From the NCBI GenBank assembly GCA_028534125.1, contig CM052817.1, positions 53,694,001 through 53,758,000 of the forward strand: a DNA stretch of 64,000 bases, written 5' to 3'. Below, piece by piece: positions 26,560 through 39,427 of the stretch (position 1 is its first letter; each line of letters opens with the position of its first letter). Made by a program: the position numbers and the translations under genes. Source of the DNA: Lama glama (taxonomy: Eukaryota). Below the pieces are notes generated by a model. The model was given only the letters and a program-made list of their open reading frames with translations. It searched no databases and was not told where the DNA came from.

Positions 26560-28380
26560 TACATAAAAATGTCATAAATTTACAGTAAAATTGATGGAGA
26601 TTGCTAGTGCTTCCAGGGTCTTGAAGAATCAAATGAAAATCTTCTTTAGAGGAGCAAATCTTCATCTCAGGACTCAAAAAATACTCATGGATAATTTGCC
26701 CTCAAAATATAGGCAGTTCTAAGAAAAATAAATCTAAAAGTATTCAAGGAAATTAGCCATTATATGAAAGAACTAGTAAAAAAGAAAAAAAAATCAGACC
26801 ACAGAAATAGACCATAAATTCATCAAATATTTACATTATTAGAATTAAAAGTAATTATGATGGCTAGAATTAAAGAAACAAAATAGTTTGTTTTTGTCTA
26901 TCTTCAGGGAACTAGAGACGACAAAGAAAACAAGAGCCTTGAAAAAACTCAAAGAGAACTTACATATATTTAAAATATGGAAGTTGAAAATAGAGGCTCA
27001 GTGAGTGGTTATAACATTAAATTAGAGACAATAGAGGGAAAGAGTGCAACAAAAGATAGGTAGGAAGACAGTACACAGAATGCAGTGCAGAGAGGAAAAA
27101 TGTAGAAACTATGAAAAAGGTTAACAGATGGTAGAATAACTGAGAAAGTCTAACACAGTTCAGTTACCGATCCAGACAGAGAGAAAGGAATTAATTAGTA
27201 AAGACTGTGGCTGAGAATATCCTATAACTAATGTAAGATGCCAAACAAAAGATTTTAGAAGTCTGATGTGTCATATATAGAAGAAATTAGAGAAATCCAT
27301 GCAAAGAAGAAACATTTTAATGAAAGTGCAGACAGCAAATAAAAAGATATAATAAGTTAGAGAAAAAGACAGGTTATTGTCAAAGGAATGAAAACTAGAC
27401 AGTTAATGCTTTAATAATTAAAAATGGAATCTAGAAGATGGGAGAATTCGATCAAATCTTCAAAGAACAGATACTGTCAAATATTACAGACAATTGAAAA
27501 ATAAAAAATCCTCCAAAACTCATCCTACTATTCATGGATATACATGATATTAAACCCCCAAAAAAATTATAAGAAAGGAAAATTACAAAAACATTTCACT
27601 CATTAATATAGATGCAACATCCTAAACAGAATACTAGCAAATAGAATCCAAATGTAGTTTTCAAATAATATATGTTGGCCAAAATCATATCCCAGTTATG
27701 TGAGATCAGGTCAGCAATTTCAAATTCATACATTTAATTCAACACATAAACAGATTAAAGGGGGAAAAGTGATCATGTATTTAGATTTTAAAAAAGTTTA
27801 ATAAAATCCAATACCCATCATAATAAATATTATTAGTAAACAAGGAATATAGAGCAGAACATCCTTAATCTTATAAAGAGGACAGACCTAAAGTAATTAT
27901 CATCTTGACAGGGAAAATATTACAAGAGTTTTTTTTATAATCAAGACTAAGAAAGGATGTACAATACCAGTACTTTTATGCAACATGGCATTAGAAGTCT
28001 TGGCAAGTGCAATAAGAAAAGAGCTGACCATAGGTAAGAAGACATAAATTTAACTAGATTGCAACTGAGAACACTTATTAATCAAAAGATGTACTAAAGT
28101 AAGTGAAAATGTTACAAAGTGGGAGAAAAATATTTGCAATGTACATAACAAAATACAAAGATGTTATTAAAAAAAGAACTCTCACAAAACAATATGAAAA
28201 ACTTTTAAATGATAAAAGAAATGGTCAAAAAGGATGGAGACTTTTCAAAGGAAAAAATGCACACGACCAATAAAAACATTAGTAGTGACCAGGGAAACAC
28301 AAAACAAACAAACAAAAATTCCACAGTGAAATACCATTTTATATGCACTTAATGACAAAAATTAAAATAACTAACCATCC
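26560..28380 (+). mobile_element. Ancient LINE-1 (L1M) relic, ORF1/ORF2 fragments
   Basis: A-rich strand; atatagatgcaacatcctaaacagaatactagcaaatagaatcca; aaaatccaatacccat; agtgaaataccatttt. Confidence 0.75.
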
Positions 28381-28394
28381 CAAGAGGAAGAGAT

Positions 28395-29820
28395 AGACAC
28401 AAATCCAGGTTTTGTAAGAATCCGGGGGTTGACTTAATTTGGGGTTCTCTCTCTAAGAAAAAGACATAAACAATAACTAACAACAAATTAGATATAAAAT
28501 TTAACACTTATTCAGAACGAGAAAGAAATCATACCGTATTATGTCTTATAAGCTGATAAATACCACAAACACCATAAACCAAAACAAAGAAACAAAACTT
28601 TTAAAAATTTCCTTTTGGATTTATCTTTTTAACAATATTTCCCTAAATTTTTGGCTGCATATTTTTTGTATTGCTCTTCAAATAATAATTTTGGAAATGT
28701 TTTAGGAAACAGAATAGAAAGATAATTCCAATTTTTAAACATGATTGAAATTTGTTTCCAATATTGGGACTGTATAAAAATTTCAGCTTTATGAAATTAG
28801 TAGTAGTAGCATTTAGATTTTTTAAAAGATTTTTGTCAATATTAAGAAAACCTCTCCAAGTTTTTTTCATAGATGAGCTATGAAATTTCAGGGCATTTAA
28901 AATTTTCTTGTGCAGGGAAATATGCTTAAGAATTGTATAGTCATTAACCAAATTATTGATAGCCTTACTGTGTTATATTTTATGATATATTCATCAGTGT
29001 TAGTATTTTTGGGTCAAATCAGCTGGAAATCTTTTTTTCTTTTTATATGAGCCACGCATCTGAAACTCAAAGGACAAATGCCTTAAAAGGACTAAGATGT
29101 GCTCTTATATGTTGAGATGCATAAAATGAGATAGAACATGTTGCTATACCTATTTGCAGCATGTCTACAGGTTTGTGCCCTACAAAACACTGAAGGTGTA
29201 ACAGATTCTACTGTGTAAGTTTTTTTTAAGTGTATGTTTGTAAGTGTACGTGTGAGTTACTGAGTGTATATCAGACAGGAAAGAGCTTCTGTTTCCAATA
29301 AATATCAAGAACTCCTTCTGCTTACAATTTTAATCCTCTGGAAGAATTTTCTACAAGTAAGTTCTTGCACTCATGCTTTTCAAAACTTATTTCTCCTCCA
29401 ATTCCACACTTATTTTTGTCACCAGGTCCTGTAGGACAAGTTCCTATGGTGGCTCAGCTTCAGGGCGGAAGGTTCTGTGTGGTGATGGCAGGTGAGACGG
29501 CACGATGCGCGCATGGAGAACTTCCGGAAGGCATTCCTATACCAACATGGCAAACAAGAATGAAATAGCTGGAAAGTGGCTCTGTAAACCACAGAAACAT
29601 ATTTCCCTCCACCTAAAGCATTTATCCCCTTAGCTGAATCTCCAAAATTTCTATGGCAGTCTACTGCCATCAACCAGGTAGAGAGGTATGACGGGAAAAA
29701 CTGAATGGAAAAAAGTAGCAATCAATCAATTACAGTCAAAATACTTTATGCTGCAAATTTAACCAAAACGTATGGCCAGTGAATACATTGCCTAAGGCCT
29801 TTCCAAGGATTTGGCTATTT
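28395..29820 (-). mobile_element. hAT (Tip100-like) DNA transposon relic inside the L1 relic
   Basis: End motif atccaggttttgt...aatttggggttctctctctaagaaaaaga. ORF 28643..28951 weakly resembles a decayed hAT dimerisation domain. A related short motif occurs at ~1360-1410. Confidence 0.5.
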
Positions 29821-31169
29821 GTAAGAGAAACATTCAGATTTGAAAAATAGAGAGTTGAAAATAGAAGAATTCTTAAAAAATTATAACCCACCATATTCTT
29901 ATCAAAGAAAGCTGATGTAGATGTTATCAATAATAGGAAAAATAGACTTTAAGTCAAAAAGTACAGTTAAAGATAGTTATTAAGACAGTAGGTTCAGTTC
30001 CCCAGAAAATATGACCCTCTTAATTCTAAAGAATTTTTATATTAAGGTAAGAACAAAAACTTAAAATGTACTAGGGAAAAATAGACCAATCCACAGTGAG
30101 GCAAGTAAAACTTAAAAATGTGATAGGAAAAAAATCAAATATATGAAGACATTCATATATATGTAAATGTTTCATAATTTTAAAAACGTGTAAAAATAAA
30201 CTTAATAATGTGTGGGATAGCACTAGCCAGGAAATGTCTCTGAGTCAGGAGCACACATGAAATCACTAGCTGAATGAGTGAGGGAATAGCAGTGACATAC
30301 AACTTATTTTCAACAGATATTCATTTAATTAATAATGACTTGAATGATGAAATGGACTGGTTTCAGTGCTATGAAGACATTCATATGGATAGGAAAAGGA
30401 ACCTGAATACTATGTTTAACTGTTTAGTTTTATTAATTAAATTTGTTTCCTATAAAGTGTTTTATTTTTCTTAATCTCATCACTCAATACGAAAGTAACC
30501 TTTGACGACATACTTTTGTTTGTCTCCAGTTTCATTCCTCCTCAGGATTTAAAAGAGTGGGTTAATCTAGTCAATGCTTGGTATTCATTTGGAATAGATA
30601 CCAAATTTGGGCAGAGAACTCCATTATTAACTGCTTTCTACCATCTCATCTCTTTTACCTATGGTTAGGCTAGATGCACAGTGTCATCTGAAATCATTTA
30701 AAAATTATTTCATTCTAGTAAAGCTAGTCCCTTAAGTTAAATGAATGTGCCCTTCATGCTGCACCGTAACCTCCTGCCAAAAGCATTCATTCAACTGAGA
30801 GTGAGGACACGTGACATCTTCCTCCTGCAGGCACCACTCACATTCCCTGGCGTGAGCACCACAAACGCAATTCTATTAGAAGTAATGAAGTAGGAATGTC
30901 AGGACAATTATCTGCAAACGGTTTGTGTCTGTTCAGGCTTTTTCACAGCTCCAGGGAATAAGCACTGCAGCAGAACCTCCCAGCATGATCTTTATACGAT
31001 GTTTAACTCATAGCTGATTTTTTTTCCAAATGGACAGCCAGTGTCCTACCTGGAAGATAATTTTGGTCCCCAAATTAGCTACCTGCAATGAAGTAAAGAG
31101 TTTCTAGTTTGCAATATTTAGAGAGACAAAAAAAAAAAAAAAACAGTGCAACTTTTTGTTTACAATGTA

Positions 31170-31410
31170 GAGGTGGGCCTGGTGGAGCTGGAGATAGACT
31201 GGCAGGTTTTCACTAGTTGTATGACCTGGGGCAAGTTACTTAGAGTCTCTATCCCCTGTTTTCATCAAATATAACAAGGGGAAATAGTTATCACCTAAAT
31301 TTGAGATTGTGCTAGTAACCATATATGATTATCGAGGGAGATAAAACTTGTAAAAAATTTAAGTCAGCATTCGTCATACAATAAATGGTTAATAAATGTT
31401 AGCCATTATC
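31170..31410 (+). mobile_element. MIR
   Basis: cactagttgtatgacctggggcaagttactta...aataaatgttagccatta. Confidence 0.75.
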
Positions 31411-31571
31411 CATAATAGTAAAAATAAAGAAAATGCTAACAAAATTTTATTCCATTAATATCTAGATTTAATTTCAGTGATAATAATTTATAAATTTGTT
31501 TCTTTTCTTCTATGACTCTCCATTCTACAGGTAAGTCAGGGTAGCAGAATCAGTACAGAGAGGAGGAGAGC

Positions 31572-32056
31572 TGTAGGCAGATTTCTAAGATAACCTGTAA
31601 TGACTGTTGCCCCCTGTTACTCATGTCCTATTATGATCCCCTTCACTTGTGTGTGGGATGAATTGAATCCAGCAAAGGTACTGGGATGGTACTACCAAGA
31701 CTAGACTCAAATCTGACTACCCTTTGCTAGCATACCTTTCTCTTGTCTTGCTTGCTTCCTCTGGTGAAGCCAGGCGCCACGTTGTGAGTGGCGCTATAGA
31801 GATGGCCAAGTGGCAAGGAATTGAAGGAAGCCTCTGACCAATAGCCAGTGAAAAACTAAGGCCCTGAATCCTGCCACAATTTGGTGAGTGAGCTTGGAAG
31901 CAGACTCTAGTCAGTTGAACCTGACAATGACTGCTGTCCCAGCTGACATCTTGAGTGACTTGAACACAGAGCACTTGAAACAGTGAGATAATAAATATTG
32001 TTGTTTTAAGGCAGTCAGTCTCAGGGTAATATTTCATGCAGCTATAAATAACTGAT
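31572..32056 (+). mobile_element. MLT1E-type MaLR LTR
   Basis: ggcagatttctaagat; gtggcaaggaattga; gagcttggaagcaga; gtgagataataaatattgttgttttaag. Confidence 0.8.
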
Positions 32057-33169
32057 ATAAGGAGGAACAACTTGAAATCTGAGCTGTGTTTTCCAATAGA
32101 TCAAACACTCTTTAAAGAAGAATTAGGGAACATGAATTAGGAGCTTTATGAATAAACTCTAAAGCAGCTGTTCTGTAGAAAAGATTATACTTGCTCTGTT
32201 ATTTTAAAAATATAAACCTGCTTCTGTCTTTTAAAGTATTCTTCTCCAATAAAAATGAATCCAAACAAAAATTATTTTAGAAACTGTCTCTGTGCCCAAC
32301 TGATGTCTTTATATTTAAAATGACTACTTCAATGGTTTTTAAAGGCTTTATAAAGATTTATATATGATTTTCTAGAGAGAAAATGGCAATAAAAAAGGAT
32401 TACAATAGGATATTAGGCAATAAGCTCTCAAGTTCAAAAACAAAGTAGTTTATCATTGTAGACTTAGCAGTTAACACAGTTTCTGGCACACAGTACACAC
32501 CACAGATTTGTTTTTCTTGCTGAATGAATTGAATTATTTAAAAAGAAGAACTATGTATATAGAGCATAAATTTTGGAGCCAGGCAGATTTTCTTTCAAAT
32601 GCTTCCTCTGCCCACCCCTAGTTGTGTGTCTTCAGGTAAGCCACTTACTTCCTTAGAAAGTAAAAATTATAATAAAATTTCATCTAATAGAAAAAATGCA
32701 TTGAGAGGGACATAGTTCTTACAGATTTTAAAATATATTGTGAAGATATTTTTAAACGGACATTAATAGAAAAAGAGTAGGCAGACAGTTTAGTGAATCA
32801 GAATTAAATGTCCATTAATCAATCTAAGCAGACTTTTGTAATTTAAGAGTGATAAAAGTAAGGTTTCAAGTCATTGAAGAAAACAATATTTGGATAGCAA
32901 TGTTTAAACAACAGGATGTATATGAAAAACAAATGACATGGGATAGTTATGACACATATAAATTACTATATTAAAATTCTCTAAATAATCTAACCAATTT
33001 GTTAACATACTAAAATAATAATTCAACACAAGCATAACAACCAATCTGTTAGGAATGCGATCAAAGGATATTAAAGCGTTAGTTTGTAGAAAACACACAT
33101 GATTGCCCAGTATATTCATGAAAGCAGCTCAAATCACCCCTTTTACTTAAGTTGCATTCATGAAAGGCA

Positions 33170-35050
33170 ACATAAAACAGTAATATACACCTGGTCACTT
33201 GTTAGAGTGCAGAAGGTAAAAAGTAATAATATCAAATAGCAGTCATGGCGGGGAGAAGAATCTTTCCTAAACTGTGTGTGAAACTACAATGACTAAGCCC
33301 TTGTTGAGGGAAATCTGCCCCTACCTATCAAAATTAAGAATCTGTACACCCTTTTTTCTAGAATATTCTGAAATGATGTTGTAGTGGTATAATGTTGGAT
33401 CTGCCAAAATCCCATCATAAAAAGAAATGCAGGAACTGAATAGCAAAAAACAAAATCTCACAGGTAGCAACTACAATAAAAATGACACTTTCCGTGGACT
33501 CCGAAACACAAGCAGATGGGGGAAGATGACAAATAATTATAAAACTGCAGTTCATAGTGCCCATTGGAGGGATAAGAATGAAGTGGATGGGGATCTGAAT
33601 TCCTTGAAAGAAGGAGAATGCCAGAATTCTAAAAGATTTTTACCAGAAAGCCCAGCTGCTGAACACGGAAGAGTTTCTGCACATTCCAACTCGGGAGCAA
33701 GAGTTCCCCGGTAAGGTCTGACAGGATGAGGCAGTATGGTCACTGTAAACACTTGAAACTAACCAGCCAAAACTTCCACCTCCAACAAAGAGTCCCACAG
33801 AGAGAAAAAATTGTTGGGAATAGAATTCAAGCTGAGCAGGACAAGGGCATTATGAGAACATAGACGGTCTAGATAAAAATAGAAGAGGGGCACTGGATCA
33901 GGAGAATTCAGAATACATAAAACCATATCCCCCTTTTTTTTTTAACACTTATGAAAACAAGAAGGATCCGTAGAACTATGAATCTAAAAAAGATATTTTG
34001 ACCCACTTCTCCTTTCTAAAAGTTCAGGAAAAATAATTTCAGATAGAAATGGGCTACAGAAAGTGATTGGTTTGAAACCCATACAGAGTTTTCAGAAGAG
34101 AAAAAATGTGGAGCAGAACTTCCTACAGACATGAAAGCAGGCCAGATGTACTCAAAAAAGATGGAAATGATAAAGGGGAAAAAAGGGCTTAACAGACCTA
34201 GTCAGTCTCAGTGAGTGAGTCATCCGATTCCTGATTCTGACAACTTATAAAACAATTGGCAATTGAAAATATGAACACTGACTAGGTACTGGAAAATTTT
34301 AAAAGAATCATTTTTAATTTTAAGGCATGCAAATGATGTCACAGTTATGTTTAAATTAAAACAGTTCTCTCTCAGAGAGACATAGTGAAATATATATGGA
34401 TAAAATGGCATGATTTGCTTCATAAAAAGGAAAGTAAATCATAAAGATGTTTTTCTTCAAATAAAAAGAGAAGGGAGGAGATAGATGGGGATATAGATGA
34501 AATAACACTGGCTAATTGTTGATAATGGTGGAGGATGGTAAGTACATGGGAGTTTTATGTTCATCTATTTTAATATATGTTTGAAAAAGTTCATAATAAG
34601 TTAAAAATGCACACATCTTTGGCTTGGCAATTTTACTTCTAGGAGTTTATCTACAGATACACTAACATGAGTATAAAGAATATGTGTAAAAAGAACACCA
34701 GAAAGCTAGAACTAACTTAAATTGGAAGTTGAACCTGATTGGAAAACTTACTGTTACAAAAAATAATAGAAATGTGTATGTACTGCATAGGAAGCTGTCA
34801 TTAGACTACTTATAATGTAAAAAAAAAATCCATTTGCAGAGAATTATTTCTCATAAGTAATATATTAAATCTGCATATAGAAATGTAAGTCAGTGAAAAG
34901 TATGTAATTATATAAAGTGTGTATATAGATTCATGGAAACATACATATACGTGTGTGTGGATGTATAGACAGACACAAATACACATTGGCATCTCCCTAG
35001 GAAGTTTGTAGAAGAATATGCACCAAACTGATGTCAGTGGCAAATTTCAT
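33170..35050 (+). mobile_element. Cluster of ancient L1 fragments (L1ME/MC/MD-type)
   Basis: tatcaaaattaagaat; aaaagaatcatttttaatttttaagg; gcaattttacttctaggagtttatc. Confidence 0.6.
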
Positions 35051-35094
35051 AATATGATATTTAAAAAATTTTTGTTATTGTTTATCCATTTATT

Positions 35095-35600
35095 TACTTA
35101 TTCACTTAGTAATTATCTAGCAAGTGCCTGCTATGTCCTCTTCCAGGTACCCAGATGACACTAATAAATAGCACAGACATAAATCACTACCCTCGTGGAA
35201 ATAAAATCTGGACAGACAGATAATATGCCAGATAAATAAGTAAAAATTACAGTGCATCGTGGGAAAAATTAAGAGAGAGTGGGAGGGGGAGACAGCTGAA
35301 TTTTTAGATCACTTGGCCTGTGCAACACCCCCTGAGGAAGTGCGGGAAATAACCTGGGATGATCTTGGGAAGGTGCGCCTCAGCAGAGGGAACAGCCACG
35401 TCCAGGGCCTTTCGCAGGAGCACACCTTCTGTCTCTGAGGACTCGCACCGAGCGCCATGCGGCTAAGGGGAGAAAATGAGGAATGTAGGAGATGAATTCA
35501 GGGGGTGCTGGGGGCCTGATCACGTAAGGCCTTGTGGGTCTTAGTGAGGACTTACTTTCTGACATTGAGTGAGATGAGAGAGGCCATCAGGCATTTTCAG
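35095..35600 (-). mobile_element. LINE-2 3' end
   Basis: ccctcgtggaa..gacagacagataat; cagagggaacagc; ggcctgatcacgtaaggccttgtggg. Confidence 0.75.
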
Positions 35601-36699
35601 ATTGTTTTTGCAAATACTAGCTTTTGGGGTTTTTCTTATGTGACTTTTGTTTGCTTTATAAGTTTGTATTATTTTCACATGAAAATACTTATAAAAATAC
35701 TTCCGCGGTTGTCTGTGTTCAGTTTAGAAGTCTGACCATTTGCAGAAAAGGAGAGCATTAGCCTGGCTGCCAGCTGTCTGTCATCTGTTTGAGGACGTAT
35801 CAAATCAAACCTTAAGTCATTTTTAAATACTTGTGTGTTCACCTCTGCACTATTTTATTCACTATCTATAACCGCTTGCTGAAACTAGTTTCTTCACATG
35901 CTACTCCATCTAATTATATTCCTCCTTTTGCTCTTTGCTCCTCTTAATTTCAAATAATGGAGGTACCTGTACTTGGAGAAAAGATGGAGAACCCAGATAC
36001 ACCCAGAAATGTCCATTTAAGCAACATTTTACCAAGTGATTTTACCAACTAATTGCCTACCATCTATAAGTGATTAAATTACGCCAGTCAAGTGTGCCCT
36101 GTGTGACTTGAACAGAGTTCTATGGGACTGACATCTTTGGGTAAAATGGCATGGACACGTTCATGGCCGTCACCCCTTAATAGGGTACAGCAGCATTCAT
36201 TCAATAGCCATCTCTTGGCATGTTTGCCCTTTAGGCCCTTGCTAAGCCTTATCTGGTGCTAGCTTTTAATTGAGTAGTTAAGTATTGGTATAGACAGCTT
36301 TTATGCATGAGTCAAGGAAGAAGAGAAAGATTTGTGTTGCTAGCAGGTTTTAATTGAAATGTGCTTTATTATCTTTTGACTAAGTATTTCATTGCCATTT
36401 TCATAATGATTACAACCTTGAAAGGGAACTCTTTTGATAACTGCAAGCTGGTAATGAGAAATCATGCTGAGCTGGAGCTAAATGATAGCTGAGATTTCCC
36501 CCACAATAATGTGTAATCCACGAAGGATTAGAATTAAATGAAATTGTCCTGTTTTAAGTAGTCTAAAAGGAGACCCTGACACAAAGCTGTAGTCTAACAT
36601 TGAAGCTTAAAGCCCTGTCATGATTTCCTTATGTTTAAAAAAATGGCATTATAATTACCTTTTCTTACCTCCATCAAAAAAAGAAAATAATAATTTAAA

Positions 36700-37325
36700 T
36701 TGATTCAGTGCTCTATCAGCTAGGAATTAAGTTTAGCTTCACATGACAGAAAAGTCTAAGAAACAATGACTACAATATGAGAGCAGTTTATTTTTGTTCA
36801 GGTGAGAGAGATCTGAAGGTGGACAATTCAGGATCATACAGAGTAGTCACCAGGGACATATGCTCCTTCAATCTCTAGCTCCACTGACTGAAGCACATGG
36901 CTTCCTTTCTCAAGGTTGCCTAATAGTCCAGGATGGCTGCCGTGTATCACAAGTTCTAAGTGCTTTTCATAGATTAACTTATTCAGTTCTCATAACAACC
37001 CTATAACGTAGGCAAAGTTACTGTGTTTTGCCAATGAAGAACTGAGGCACTGAAAGGTTGAGTAACTCACCTATGTCAAAATCATTCGAGATTTTAAGCT
37101 TGCTTTCTGGTTCTGAGCATGTACTCCTAATTGCTAATGCTGAGCTTAACAACCTTTTTTTAAAAAGGGCCAGATATTCAATATTTTAGGCTTGCCAGCC
37201 ACAAGGTCTCTCTATGCATATTCAACTCCACTCTTGTCACTCAAAAGTAGCCATAGATGACACTAGAGGAATGGGCATGAGTATGTTCCAGTAATAGCTT
37301 CAGGCCATACTTTACCGCCCATGAA
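36700..37325. mobile_element. Adjacent MaLR fragment, MIR and MER58-type hAT MITE
   Basis: tccaggatggctgc (MLT1); tgaagaactgaggcac (MIR); aaagggccagatattcaatattttaggcttg (MER58, ~37140-37320). Confidence 0.65.
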
Positions 37326-39427
37326 TAGCTATCCAACCACTCTAAGAGGACAAGGATGACTGGGGAGGTAACATGCAGTTGTTTATTCACCAAAGAATGA
37401 GTCTACCCTATCACTCCTCTCCAATATCTTCTTACCAAATAGAGGTTGATTGAGATGCCACTGATCGAGAACTGGGTTTAGAAATCAGTGGATCATGGAC
37501 TGAGTAATGAATGTCTACTGTTCTTTCTATATTAATTTCCTTCTTTTATATCCCATGATTTATCCTCTTAATATTCAGTTTATGCTCTCTTTGAGGAGAC
37601 TCCCAGCAACTGGTTAGTAAATTCCAGCTTTTGCAAATCTTGTGGTTAAGAAATGTGTTTAAATTTATTTAATCTAGTCTTCCTGAATTTACTTGACCCA
37701 CAGAAAGCCCCCCAACCCCACACACACAATATCTCAAAGAACAGAAATATATCAGAATAATCTGGGAAACATTGACTTAAGTCTTAGGGTAACTTCCTTA
37801 CGCTTCATTGCTGCAGAAATGTCATCATGATAGAGATTATTTTGAGGGTTTGATAATTTTTCCAAATTCTTTGACTAAGAGGTATAAGGTAAGCATTCAT
37901 TTACTGGAGAACCACTAAGCTTATTTTGAAATCAGTAGATCTTTTTTTTCATTTCTTCTGAAGAACCACAAAATGGAAATCATTTTTCAAAGGCTTTATC
38001 TCTAGTCCTTTGTGTCTCAGTTTTAACACAGTAAACATTCTCTTGCCAAGCTACAGTAGCTTTTGGCAGAGAAAATAACACTTGCAGAATGTGTTTTAAA
38101 AGTTCCTGTTACTTGTAAGTGACCCTCCACCCTCTCCCATTTCTCTCTGTTACTTTCCTTCCCCAAGCTGGCTTAATGCAGTTTGAGGTTCAACTTCAAG
38201 TTCTAAGGGTATCGCTATAAGGTTTGTCACAAAGGAGATCAGGTAATAGCAGCCAAATAAAGTGCAAGTCAGGTCATCCATCCTCTCACTACAAAAATCT
38301 TTATTAAATGCCTATTCTGGGCAAGGGATTGTTCTGGGCATAGTGTTGAATGTTTGTGGAATAATTGGAAGTAATTATTCGGCCAAGCTGTTTCTATCCA
38401 GTAGGAGTTAGGTATTTATTAGTCCACTGACTCTAATGGTGTGCTGTAACTTAGTATGTAGTAGTGAATACGTATCTAAAGGGATAATTAAACCTCAGTA
38501 GGGGCATAATTGCTGAATAGCATTCTAAAACTCCGGAGATATTGGAGCTTCAACTCACTTAATCAAAAAGGGTTTATTATTTGTGTAGACAGCTTGTATT
38601 TTCCCTCTAAAGGATGGTCTTTACAGCGCCTGTTTTCCGTAACGGTCACATCAGGATTTATTTGTAGCACAATATCCATAGTTACAATAGTCTTGAGGGT
38701 TATAATCCTTTTAAGCACTCCTTTCTCTTGAAAGCATTTTCAAACACTTTGGGCATGCAACTATATAAACCCCAAGTGTGACTTAATCCCCAGTATTTTG
38801 GTTTGTTCTTGAAGTTGGCATTCCTCTGAGAAAAGTGAAAGTATATGTTGATTTTGTATGTCCTTAGCATTTATGTAGGAAGACAAAAAATTGTTGAACG
38901 CTCTATCATCTTAAAAACTTTAGTGTCCTGAGATTATGCAACTGCTTTAATGTGAAGCCTCTGTAGATAAAGCAATAGGTCTTTTTAAGTAATCAAGTTC
39001 CATAATTCCAACATCTAGGCTTTCAAATCTAGCAAACCTTCAGTAAAGCATTATCATTCAACTGAATTTTATTTTCAAACTTGGCAAAATTTAATCTTCT
39101 TTGTAATTAAATCACAATTAGGCTTTAATTATTCTAATTAAAAATTTGTATGATTTTCTTATGATGGTCTTCCCTGTAGTTTGTTTTAAATTAAATCTAC
39201 TGGAAATAGTAAGTAATTTCTTCTGATGTATAGCCAAGGTTTTCCATCTAGCACTTCAAATTATTTTTTTTTTAATGAGATCACTCAGTTAGTTTTTGTT
39301 TTTGTCTAGCTTTTAGTATTTTTGGAAGTGCTTCAAAAGAAAAAGGAAAATTTAGTAGCACTTCTAGCTTGTTTAGTCACAAAAATTTCAATAACCACCC
39401 CCACTTGAGATAAAACTCAAGATACTA

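Noticed and set aside
28643..28951. Domesticated hAT transposase gene
   Set aside because: Short, degenerate fragment without intact motifs; treated as a relic.
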